Source: Planctopirus limnophila DSM 3776
Lineage (GTDB): Bacteria > Planctomycetota > Planctomycetia > Planctomycetales > Planctomycetaceae
Length of the DNA: 32,000 nucleotides
Direction: 5' to 3'
Assembly (NCBI RefSeq): GCF_000092105.1
Contig: NC_014148.1
Location: forward strand, 480,001 to 512,000
A program made the position numbers and the translations under genes. Position 1 is the first letter of the stretch; each line of letters starts with the position of its first letter. Below are positions 1 through 7,704 of the stretch, piece after piece. The notes beneath the pieces are model-generated. The model made no database searches. It was given only the letters and a program-made list of their open reading frames with translations, and was not told the origin of the DNA.

Positions 1-519
1 CTGCATTGGAACAGCCTGACCCGTACTGCAGAAGAGTATTTACACAGAGGAGGCCATCGCGGCATCTGCTGGCAGATCATGGGGTGGCAACCAGAGATCG
101 TGTTGGCAACAGCGCCTTCCACCATTGGCGTGTGGGCAGTAGCGGGGATTGAGTTGCTTCCCGATCTATCAAACAATGAAGAGTTGCTCGATGCTCCTGG
201 TGCTGATCAGATCAAGCAGGCCAGTCTGCTGTTTCACTATGCGGCAATCAATTTATCGGAACCCATGGAACCGCAGTTTCATCGCCCCGATCATCCTCTC
301 CCCCACCAGAATACAGATTCAAAAACTGGAACTGTTGATCTGCCATCTGTAGCGGATATTGCTTCCGATCAAGCCTCAGACCTCCGGTTGAATTCCTTAA
401 GGGATGAACCATTGCGGTGGCGATTTGCCTGTCGATTGCTCATGAATCTATCTCCAGAGCGGGCGGTCGAGCGGCTGAGCTACCGTCTTCAAGCAAAAAT
501 CCAACGTCCTGATCGTTGA
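1..519 (+). CDS. 3-prime part of a CDS entering from the left edge; hypothetical protein
   Basis: Frame 1 is open from nt 1 to the stop at 517-519. The track ORF 79..519 is only the part after the first Met. No recognisable motif. Confidence 0.4.
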   Translation: MHWNSLTRTAEEYLHRGGHRGICWQIMGWQPEIVLATAPSTIGVWAVAGIELLPDLSNNEELLDAPGADQIKQASLLFHYAAINLSEPMEPQFHRPDHPLPHQNTDSKTGTVDLPSVADIASDQASDLRLNSLRDEPLRWRFACRLLMNLSPERAVERLSYRLQAKIQRPDR

Positions 520-902
520 CTTGTTTCGGCAGAAGTTGCCATTCGCAGGGCTCGAACGACAGTTCGTCTTGGTGTGATCGAGCAATTGTGCCTACAAGCG
601 ATAAAAGCGGCACGAAACGCACGACTTTGATGTGAATCTGTATGGCCTGTATCGATGTTGCGGAATCAGTAAACCTGACGCCCTGAGCATTGGACCATGT
701 GTTGATGCGGTTAACGATTCCGATACGTTCGACGAGACCATGGCAGACGCTCGCGCTCAAGAGGCCTGCCAGTCGCGAATTTCGGAATGGATGCCGGTCG
801 GCATCATCCCCTTGACTCTGCAAGGCTCGCAGGGAGTTTGGCGGTGGGATATCGCCAGACTCGGGATTTTCCGAACACATGGAACGTGTGATTGAGGAGC
901 GC

Positions 903-2213
903 ATGATGCAGTTTTCTCTCCCAAAGTCCTGGCGGACATCACTGGCTCGCGCCGGTGTGCTGCTGGGTGCTTTTGGCGCGATGGCAATGCCGGTGTTTGC
1001 TGAGGATGCAACCACGATTGCCGAACAGGCCAAAAAGCGTTTGAACGGCGAAGTGGTGGCAGCCCCTGCCTCCCCGATTTACCAGGTCAGCGCTATGCAG
1101 GAACAGGTGCCTCCACCTGTTCCTGGTGCCAACGTTGGTCAACCAGACCAGATTTTCGTGGATCCTGGTTACGCTGCACCCGCAGAAGCTGAAGAAGCTG
1201 GTCCCTGGACACTCCAGAGCGTGATGGGCTCTGGCCTGGCCGATAAAGGCATCGTTTTTGGCGGATGGGCCGATATCGGTTACTCCAGCAATCCTGACCT
1301 GTCGTTTACCAGCGCTGCTGAAGACGACAATGTCAACCTCAGCCAGTTCTACATGTTCCTGAAGAAAGAAGCTGACGGCTCCAAAGGGATCGATTGGGGT
1401 TTCCGCTTCGACGCCCTCTACGGTACTGACGGTGACGACGCTCAGTCGTTTGGTAACCCCAACCGTACCTATGACAACTCAGCTGCGTTTGATCACGGGA
1501 TCTACGAGTGGGCCTTGCCACAGCTCTACGGCGAAATCGCTGTGGGAGATGTCTCGGTCAAGCTGGGTCACTTCTATACCATCATCGGTTACGAAGTTGT
1601 GACCTCGCCTGACAACTTCTTCTACAGCCGCCAGATCATGTTCTGGAACAGTGAGCCCTTCACTCACACCGGTGCTCTCGCCACTTGGAAAGCCAGCGAC
1701 AAGCTGACTGTCTGGGGCGGTTGGACTGCTGGTTGGGATACCGGCTTTGCCCAGTTCGATGGCGGTAGCAACTTCCTCGGTGGTATGAGCTATGCTGCCA
1801 CTGACAAGTTGAGCCTGGTCTACACCACAGCTCTCGGCGATTTCGGTCTCCGTGGGACAGGGGCCATCAACAGCTTCATCCTCTCCTACATGATTACCGA
1901 CAAGCTCCAGTACGTTGGTCAGTACGACGTGCTCGGAACGAATAACGACGTTGATTTCCAGACAGACGGTGTCGTTCGCGACTCGAACGGTCTGGTCAAC
2001 TACCTGTTCTACACGATCAACGATCAGTGGAAGACTGGTGCTCGTTGGGAATGGTACAAGCCCGATGGTGTTTCGTACTACGAAATGACCTACGGTGTGA
2101 ACTACAAACCAACTCAAAACTTTGTTCTGCGTCCTGAAGTCCGCTACCAGTGGGCTCCTGGAATCAGCTACGAAGAATTCATCTTCGGCGTCGACGCTAT
2201 CTTCAAGTTCTAA
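903..2213 (+). CDS. Outer-membrane beta-barrel porin-like protein
   Basis: ORF 879..2213. GAGGAG at 894-899 precedes ATG 903/906. Signal peptide ...GAFGAMAMPVFA|EDA. The protein is aromatic- and Gly/Asp-rich with alternating hydrophobic strands. The C-terminus is ...DAIFKF, with the terminal Phe typical of OMPs. Two hairpins follow the stop. Confidence 0.7.
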   Translation: MMQFSLPKSWRTSLARAGVLLGAFGAMAMPVFAEDATTIAEQAKKRLNGEVVAAPASPIYQVSAMQEQVPPPVPGANVGQPDQIFVDPGYAAPAEAEEAGPWTLQSVMGSGLADKGIVFGGWADIGYSSNPDLSFTSAAEDDNVNLSQFYMFLKKEADGSKGIDWGFRFDALYGTDGDDAQSFGNPNRTYDNSAAFDHGIYEWALPQLYGEIAVGDVSVKLGHFYTIIGYEVVTSPDNFFYSRQIMFWNSEPFTHTGALATWKASDKLTVWGGWTAGWDTGFAQFDGGSNFLGGMSYAATDKLSLVYTTALGDFGLRGTGAINSFILSYMITDKLQYVGQYDVLGTNNDVDFQTDGVVRDSNGLVNYLFYTINDQWKTGARWEWYKPDGVSYYEMTYGVNYKPTQNFVLRPEVRYQWAPGISYEEFIFGVDAIFKF

Positions 2214-2248
2214 TCTGAAGACGGCGGGAATGATCTGACTTGATACTG

Positions 2249-2277
2249 CTGCCGGAAGAATTGCGGTCTTCCGGCAG
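2249..2277 (+). terminator. Perfect 11-bp stem hairpin downstream of the porin gene
   Basis: CTGCCGGAAGA-attgcgg-TCTTCCGGCAG. There is no strong T-run after it. Confidence 0.35.
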
Positions 2278-2319
2278 CGTATTTGGCCTCATCGCGTTCA
2301 CGGATGTCCTGCGAGCCGC

Positions 2320-2356
2320 GGGGACGAGAATTTTTCTCGTCCCCGTGTCTGTTTTT
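2320..2356 (+). terminator. Rho-independent terminator of the porin gene
   Basis: GGGGACGAGAA-ttt-TTCTCGTCCCC, an 11-bp perfect stem, followed by gtgtctgTTTTT. Confidence 0.7.
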
Positions 2357-2389
2357 AGGGGTGGAAATTGTTGGTTATTGGTTGTCATA

Positions 2390-2542
2390 CGGATTCGCAA
2401 TATTCAACTACAATCCTTGGTATCGGGTGGCTGGGGCCACACGTCTTCGCGAACCCCCAGTTCGTTCCGAAAATCCGAAAATCGCTGGGGGTTCGAAGAC
2501 TCAACCCCAGCCACCCGCCGCGCAGTTGGTTATTGGAATCCG
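2390..2542 (+). repeat. Palindromic intergenic repeat, copy 1 (degenerate left arm)
   Basis: Core GGGTGGCTGGGG...CCCCAGCCACCC at 2425-2516, shared with copies at about 7410-7493 and 18623-18717. Outer inverted flanks are cggattcgcaat / attggaatccg. Confidence 0.8.
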
Positions 2543-2575
2543 AATTATTTCACGGTTGCTGGTTGAGAGCCTGGA

Positions 2576-3163
2576 ATGGATTTCCTAAGTAAAGTCTTGC
2601 TCGGCTTGGGCTTCTTCTTCCCTGTGGTGAGTTTCGTAACGCTCATTCTGGCAGCCATTGAGAGTCGTCGCACGGGACGAAACTGCTCCGCCATACTCAT
2701 TCCGTTGATCGGCCCCATCGCTTTGACGGGCTGGGTTCTGGTCACCGGCCGGTCGAGTTGGTTCATCCCGCTGGTCTGGATCACAGACCTGGGCACAGTC
2801 TTATTTCTTTGCGTCTTGCCCTGGATCATCATAGAAGCATGGCGGATCTCGCGCTGGACGTTATTGAAGCGATTTGACGCCACTCACCGCCAAGCCAGCG
2901 CCACTCTCACGCTGCATCGCCATGGGTACTATTTCCTGCGTCGCACCTGGGTACGAACAGCAGGAAGTTTCGGGCCTGTTTCAGCAGGCGAAACGGGGCG
3001 CTATCTCGAAAGTTATGACCGGATCGTGATGACTTCAGACGATGGAACAGAGGGCCGCCAGCTTCTTCGCCATGAAGATGGCCACTGGATCATGCATGAC
3101 CCCATCGAGGCGCAATTCCAGGAAGACTACTCGCTGGATGGCTGGAAGTTCCAGCAGCATTGA
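2576..3163 (+). CDS. Hypothetical membrane protein (about 3 N-terminal TM helices plus a soluble C-terminal half)
   Basis: ORF with ATG start. Hydrophobic segments LLGLGFFFPVVSFVTLILAAI, ILIPLIGPIALTGWVLV and GTVLFLCVLPWIIIEAW. No family recognised. Confidence 0.5.
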   Translation: MDFLSKVLLGLGFFFPVVSFVTLILAAIESRRTGRNCSAILIPLIGPIALTGWVLVTGRSSWFIPLVWITDLGTVLFLCVLPWIIIEAWRISRWTLLKRFDATHRQASATLTLHRHGYYFLRRTWVRTAGSFGPVSAGETGRYLESYDRIVMTSDDGTEGRQLLRHEDGHWIMHDPIEAQFQEDYSLDGWKFQQH

Positions 3164-3198
3164 GTTTACCTGATCACTTGCGACGAACTCATCGGAGA

Positions 3199-4326
3199 TC
3201 AGGCAGCGTCTCGCAGGGATCTATTGGTCACTGTCGAATGATCTTTGTTGAAGCGGGCCATTTTTTTTTCGTGAAGCACGCGTTCCAGTTCCGCGATCTG
3301 CTGGTGCAGCGATTCCAGCTTTTGTGCAGTTTCGATCGCCTCTTCTTTTAACTGCGAGAGCCGCCCTTCGGTCGCCGGTGCCATCAGTTTCTGAATGGCC
3401 TTCATCAGCAATAGAACTCGAAACATGCGCATGGCCACGCCGCGCAGCCGGTAGGCTCTGCCAAGTTTTGAAAGCTGCTGCAGTCGCAAGAGGCCGCTGA
3501 TCTGAGCAGCCTGGGCGAACATCGCCAGTGGCATGAGAATAATGGCCAGATCGAGCCAGTTCGTGCGGATATACTTGGTCTGCCGCTCAGTCAGGCTGAT
3601 CATCGTGAAGAATTCGAGCGTAAAAGCGAGCCACACAAAAGCGGTACCACAGCGAATGGCCGCATCCAGCCGGGCATCGGCAGCGATCCGTTCGTGGTAG
3701 GCAAACTCAATCCCAATCAGTGGCAGAACCGCCAGGGCGACGACGAACAGCGGACCTGAAAGCCGCCCCTGCATCGCCACAAATGAAGTGGGGCCCACAG
3801 GCGTCCAGCCGAGCTTCGGAAACCAGACGGCATTGCGTGATTGATTTCGGGCAGTCAGCCGCAAAGGGGGCAACAGGCAATACAGAAAGAATCGAGTCCA
3901 GCGGGGATCACCTGCTGCCCAGCGTGTGAGCAATTCGGCCCAGTACAACGGATAAACTGCCAGCGAGCCCGCTAAACAGCCCACGAAAATCGGCAGGAAC
4001 TCGGGGCGATCGTGAAGATGAAGCACTCCGCTGAAACAGACCAGCGAAGCCACCGAGGCAAAAAACATCAGCGGTGCCCAGCGCTGTTCTAAGGCTGTCA
4101 CTTCAATCGAAGGATGGGGAACGGCAGCTTCGAAGGTGTTCGCTTCTTCAGAGAGTGGCCGTTGTGTGTTGTTATCCATGATTCCACCCTGTATCAGCGG
4201 ATTTTGGTCGATGCGGGCATGCACAACGAGAGATTGCTTCATTTGTGCTTGTTGGAATCTATGCGAAACATCGCAATCGCTGAACACATCTCCCATCGGC
4301 AGGAATCGCCGTCGCTGAGATTTCAA
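3199..4326 (-). CDS. Voltage-sensor-domain-like (Ion_trans S1-S4) membrane protein with a C-terminal coiled coil and no pore domain
   Basis: The S2-S3-like stretch AFTLEFFTMISLTERQTKYIRTNWLDLAIILMPLAMF matches the Ion_trans pattern iFtlE...kYlr..wN.lDl. The S4-like stretch LLRLQQLSKLGRAYRLR has a basic or polar residue at every third position. It is followed only by a hydrophilic heptad-like tail. Start is uncertain: TTG 4326, or ATG 4296, 4242 or 4179. Confidence 0.6.
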   Translation of the reverse strand: MKSQRRRFLPMGDVFSDCDVSHRFQQAQMKQSLVVHARIDQNPLIQGGIMDNNTQRPLSEEANTFEAAVPHPSIEVTALEQRWAPLMFFASVASLVCFSGVLHLHDRPEFLPIFVGCLAGSLAVYPLYWAELLTRWAAGDPRWTRFFLYCLLPPLRLTARNQSRNAVWFPKLGWTPVGPTSFVAMQGRLSGPLFVVALAVLPLIGIEFAYHERIAADARLDAAIRCGTAFVWLAFTLEFFTMISLTERQTKYIRTNWLDLAIILMPLAMFAQAAQISGLLRLQQLSKLGRAYRLRGVAMRMFRVLLLMKAIQKLMAPATEGRLSQLKEEAIETAQKLESLHQQIAELERVLHEKKMARFNKDHSTVTNRSLRDAA

Positions 4327-4342
4327 GCATCTTCGTCAGCCA

Positions 4343-5515
4343 TCAGTTGATTGAGGCGGGGTTTCGATAGATCCAGACAAACGCGTGGCCGCCTTCATCT
4401 TGCAGTAGCTCCCGCGAAAGTCCCACTTGAGAAACGGCACCCCGGATGGCCACACTCCAGCTCGTTTTGCGCGCAGGGTACTTCACAAGTGGCGTCACAA
4501 TGTCGATATTCCCGCGATCGATCGCTGCAAAATCAAAGTGAATGGGAACTTTGCTTTCCATTTGAGCTTTGATCAGCACCTCACCCAACAGTATTCCGTC
4601 CAGCATCATGGCCTGAATATCAAACAAACCCGGTGCCAGCTTTTGAGGAGAGGCCTTGACGGCCCAGCCGACTGGCCAGAAATCGGCGGTTTCCATCTGG
4701 GGTGTCTGCAGTTTTTCAGGCAAAGGCTCGATCAGCAGTTCAATATCACCAGCCGGTGTACGACGCGGGTGAAACCCCAGTTCCAGATCGCGCAGGGCCA
4801 TGGCAAGTGCTGTCCCGATTGTGAATCTGCCGACGCTTTGCCGCACGACGCGACGATCCTCGGGCCGTTTGGAGATCGCTAACGCCGCTGCCTCAGCGAC
4901 TCGCCACTGGTAACGCTCTTTTCCCGGAATGAGTGGCAAAATCTCGCCTAGTGTTTTCCCTTTCAATTCCACTCCCAGTGGCTGACTGAGCGTGTCGTAC
5001 AATGGGTTGAACTGCAGTTCACTCAAGCCCCACAGCGGCTGGCCTTGAGGTGCTCCCTGGGCACCATAGACACGAAGTTCATCAATCCACTCTTTAAGAG
5101 CAGCCACATCTTTCTGGGCGAATGTCCGGCGATCGGTCTTGATCGAGCCATCTCTGGTTAAAATCGCCATGATGGTGATCTTCCGCAGTGTTCCCAGCAT
5201 CTGCTGCTCAATGCGCGGCTTATCGTCGAGAATCGGTTTGCGAGTGCTGAGGGTGACATCCAGTTCTTCAAGTGTCGTTCGCCACGCATGCGCATGCACC
5301 GCCGCAGCGGGATCGGAAGTCAATAGTTCCATCCCAATCAACGTCGTGGGAACTTTTTCGTTACGTTGAGCCGACGGCCCACCAGTAGTTTTTGGTTTGG
5401 CGGTGGCCTGCCCGTAGCAGCTTTGGTCATGCAGCACGAGCAGCACCAGACTCCCCACAAGGATCAGGCCCGATGGGAAAGCGAATCGCTGGTGATGATC
5501 GAATCGTCGCCTCAT
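4343..5515 (-). CDS. Hypothetical secreted or membrane-anchored protein
   Basis: ORF 4343..5614 begins with TTG. The first ATG, at 5515, is preceded by AAGGAG 8 nt upstream. N-terminus MRRRFDHHQRFAFPSGLILVGSLVLLVL looks like a signal or anchor sequence. Confidence 0.6.
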   Translation of the reverse strand: MRRRFDHHQRFAFPSGLILVGSLVLLVLHDQSCYGQATAKPKTTGGPSAQRNEKVPTTLIGMELLTSDPAAAVHAHAWRTTLEELDVTLSTRKPILDDKPRIEQQMLGTLRKITIMAILTRDGSIKTDRRTFAQKDVAALKEWIDELRVYGAQGAPQGQPLWGLSELQFNPLYDTLSQPLGVELKGKTLGEILPLIPGKERYQWRVAEAAALAISKRPEDRRVVRQSVGRFTIGTALAMALRDLELGFHPRRTPAGDIELLIEPLPEKLQTPQMETADFWPVGWAVKASPQKLAPGLFDIQAMMLDGILLGEVLIKAQMESKVPIHFDFAAIDRGNIDIVTPLVKYPARKTSWSVAIRGAVSQVGLSRELLQDEGGHAFVWIYRNPASIN

Positions 5516-5717
5516 GGCCCAATCTCCTTCAAAGAGACCTTCCGTCCTGCAGGTCTTGTCTATGGCAAGTGAGGATGCGAAAGACCAGAATCTGATGCTG
5601 CCCAAAATCTGCAAGAATCCTTGAGATCACCTTGAACTTACGCGAGAATTTCGCAAACACGCAACAGGAATTCACCGCATTGGTCTCTCATTGGTCTTGT
5701 GTTAGTCAATATCAGCA

Positions 5718-6434
5718 GTGAATTCTGAGCCGCTGGAGCACCGGTTGAACTATTTTGCCCATGCACTCCCTCATCTGGCCGACCCGTGGTTTGTCGCGGG
5801 GACGGCTGTCCCTGACTGGCTGGGAGCTGTGGCCAGGCGAACTCGCCCGCGACCCGAAAAGTTATTGCCAGAGATCATCACCAACACATTTCCGCACGCA
5901 CCCGCCCGGCAGCAGGTTCAATCCATTCTGTCAGGGATTGAGCAGCACCATCACGATGACGACTGGTTCCACCGCACAGCCGCCTTTCAGGAAGTGCAGG
6001 CTCAGCTCACACTTGATTTTCGGCAGGCCTTTGGGGCACAGGATGGATTTCGCGGCGGGTTTCTCGCCCATCTGGCACTCGAACTTCTGCTCGATGCCAG
6101 CCTGATGGAGCGGTATCCTGGCAAAATCGATCAGTATTACGAATCCCTCAGGCTGGTGGATGCGGAGGTCGTGGAACTGGCAGTCAACCTGGCGTCCAGG
6201 CATCCGACGACCGTCTTTGACTGGTTCATTCCGGCATTTCTGGAAGAACGGTTTCTTCCCGATTATCTCGATGATACGCTGCTCTCGTGGCGACTTCGGC
6301 AAGTCTGGAAAAGGATCGGTCTCGATCACATGCCCGATCAACTGGAACAAGCCATTCCCGCAGCACGCAAGCTCGTCAGGCACCGAACTGATGAACTCTT
6401 GCCCAAACATTTGTACGCTTGGCCCATTCGCTAG
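5718..6434 (+). CDS. acpH: Acyl carrier protein phosphodiesterase (AcpH / DUF479)-like protein
   Basis: The in-frame TTG at 5745 gives MNYFAHALPHL, compared with E. coli AcpH MNFLAHLHLAHL (recalled). Further colinear matches: GTAVPDWL / GNLLADFV, GIEQHHHDDDWFH / GIHMHRRIDVLTD, and ERFLPDYLDD / EQWLVRYRDMD. Confidence 0.5.
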   Translation: MNSEPLEHRLNYFAHALPHLADPWFVAGTAVPDWLGAVARRTRPRPEKLLPEIITNTFPHAPARQQVQSILSGIEQHHHDDDWFHRTAAFQEVQAQLTLDFRQAFGAQDGFRGGFLAHLALELLLDASLMERYPGKIDQYYESLRLVDAEVVELAVNLASRHPTTVFDWFIPAFLEERFLPDYLDDTLLSWRLRQVWKRIGLDHMPDQLEQAIPAARKLVRHRTDELLPKHLYAWPIR

Positions 6435-6502
6435 GTGGCAGCGCAGATTGCTATTAATCTGAGTCATCCCCTCACCTGAACAACTCCCGGAGAGAAATTG
6501 CA

Positions 6503-7342
6503 ATGAAGTACGGCATGAACATGCTCCTGTGGACTTCCGATGTAAACGAAGAGCACTTTCCTTTGCTCGAGCAACTGAAGACGATCGGCTACGACGGCGT
6601 CGAATTGCCGATTTTCGATATGGATGTCGCCCGCTTCGAAAAAGTGGGCAAAGAACTTTCCCGCCTCGAACTGGGGCGGACTGCCGTCACGATCTGTACC
6701 GACACCGAGAACCCGATTTCACCCGATGCGGCAATTCGTGCAGCGGCATTGGCTCGTTTGAAGAAGGCCATTGATTGCTGTGCCGCCGCCGGGGTTTCTC
6801 ATTTGTGCGGGCCTATTCACTCAGCCATTGGTTCTTTCAGTGGCCAGGGCGCTACTCCTGACGAATGGAACTGGGCCAAGGAAACCCTCTCCAAAGCGGC
6901 TGATTACGCTCAGCAGAACAAAGTCACTTTGGTTTGCGAATACCTCAATCGTTTTGAGTGCTACTTCCTCACCTGTGCTGCCGATGATGCCCGCTTCTGT
7001 CGCGAAGTTAATCATCCAAATCTGAAGATGATGTATGACACCTTCCACGCCAACATTGAAGAAAAAGATCTGGCAGCCGCCATGAAGGGGTGCTGGGATC
7101 AGGTCGTTCACGTTCACATTTCTGAAAACGATCGCTCGACCCCGGGTGAAGGTCACGTCGATTTTGACACCACCTTCAATATGCTCAAGGAACTCAAGTA
7201 CGACGGCTGGCTGATGGTCGAAGCTTTTGGCCTGGCACTTCCGGCGATTGCGGCCGCCACCAAAATCTGGCGCCGCATGTTCCCCGATGAAACCTATCTC
7301 GCGACCAATGCCCTCAAGTTCATGAAGCAAGGGATGGCGTAA
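6503..7342 (+). CDS. Sugar phosphate isomerase/epimerase, xylose isomerase-like TIM barrel family
   Basis: GGAGAG SD before the ATG. Motifs include MKYGMNMLLWT...IGYDGVELPIF, ...VCEYLNRFE..., ...DTFHANIEE... and HVHISENDR...PGEG, which look like the family metal ligands. Confidence 0.75.
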   Translation: MKYGMNMLLWTSDVNEEHFPLLEQLKTIGYDGVELPIFDMDVARFEKVGKELSRLELGRTAVTICTDTENPISPDAAIRAAALARLKKAIDCCAAAGVSHLCGPIHSAIGSFSGQGATPDEWNWAKETLSKAADYAQQNKVTLVCEYLNRFECYFLTCAADDARFCREVNHPNLKMMYDTFHANIEEKDLAAAMKGCWDQVVHVHISENDRSTPGEGHVDFDTTFNMLKELKYDGWLMVEAFGLALPAIAAATKIWRRMFPDETYLATNALKFMKQGMA

Positions 7343-7377
7343 CATTCACTGTGATCTGCATGCGGTGATGCTACACA

Positions 7378-7519
7378 GAGTCCAATGATAAACTATGCTC
7401 CTTGGTATGGGGTGGCTGGGGTTGAGCGTCTTCGCGAACTCCCAGATCGTGCCGAAGATTGCTAGGGGTTCGAAGACTCAACCCCAGCCACCCGCCCCGG
7501 AGTTGTTTATTGAAATCCG
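7378..7519 (+). repeat. Palindromic intergenic repeat, copy 2 (best preserved)
   Basis: GGGTGGCTGGGGTTGAGCGTCTTCGCGAACTCCCAG-loop-CTAGGGGTTCGAAGACTCAACCCCAGCCACCC, with arms of about 30-35 nt. The track ORF 7395..7613 (GWLGLSVFAN...) is an artefact of this element. Confidence 0.85.
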
Positions 7520-7532
7520 TATCATCACAAAT

Positions 7533-7562
7533 AAACCTCGGCACGATTTCGTATCGAGGTTT
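7533..7562. terminator. Candidate bidirectional terminator hairpin between convergent genes
   Basis: AAACCTCG...CGAGGTTT stem with an inner ACGA/TCGT pairing. It is T-rich on both sides (TTTTGTT on plus, TTTATTTG on minus). Confidence 0.4.
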
Positions 7563-7568
7563 TGTTAC

Positions 7569-7703
7569 TTAATAGTCTTCGGGAATCGGTTCGCCACCAG
7601 ATGGTGTGGTTAATGCCTTTAATACAGCCGGGTCGATGTTTGTCGAAAGTTGTCTCACGGTTCCATCAGCGAACATGACGAGCCCGCCACCCGGGCAGTG
7701 CGA
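7569..7703 (-). pseudogene. C-terminal remnant of a second DUF1559 / H-X9-DG protein
   Basis: My own translation of the minus strand gives SHCPGGGLVMFADGTVRQLSTNIDPAVLKALTTPSGGEPIPEDY*, in a different frame from the intact gene. It aligns with that gene's C-terminus HSHGSHILLGDGSVRFISSQISPEILRMLTTASAGDVI. Only about 45-52 codons are open, and the body of the gene is absent. Confidence 0.6.
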
Positions 7704-7704
7704 T

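Noticed and set aside
440-2117. Long antisense or alternative-frame ORFs (440..1033, 1479..2117, and likewise 5931..6503, 6821..7345, 27018..27764, 30443..30994, 10686..11207)
   Set aside because: Each lies opposite, or out of frame with, a CDS that has clear family motifs. Their translations show no motifs and a skewed composition. Such open frames are expected in moderately GC-rich coding DNA.
2240-2592. ORFs 2240..2566, 2283..2588 and 2368..2592, plus 7395..7613 and the start of 18056..18709, encoding GWLG...FAN.QIVPKI...GSKTQPQPP
   Set aside because: The apparent conserved peptide is simply the translation of the palindromic DNA repeat. The copies differ by indels that break the frame, and the same element is read in different frames.
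5678-5697. Direct repeat CATTGGTCT-ct-CATTGGTCT in the 5516-5717 divergent intergenic region
   Set aside because: A 9-mer repeated at short distance is about as frequent as chance predicts across the window. I cannot link it to any regulator, so it is noted only as a weak candidate binding site.
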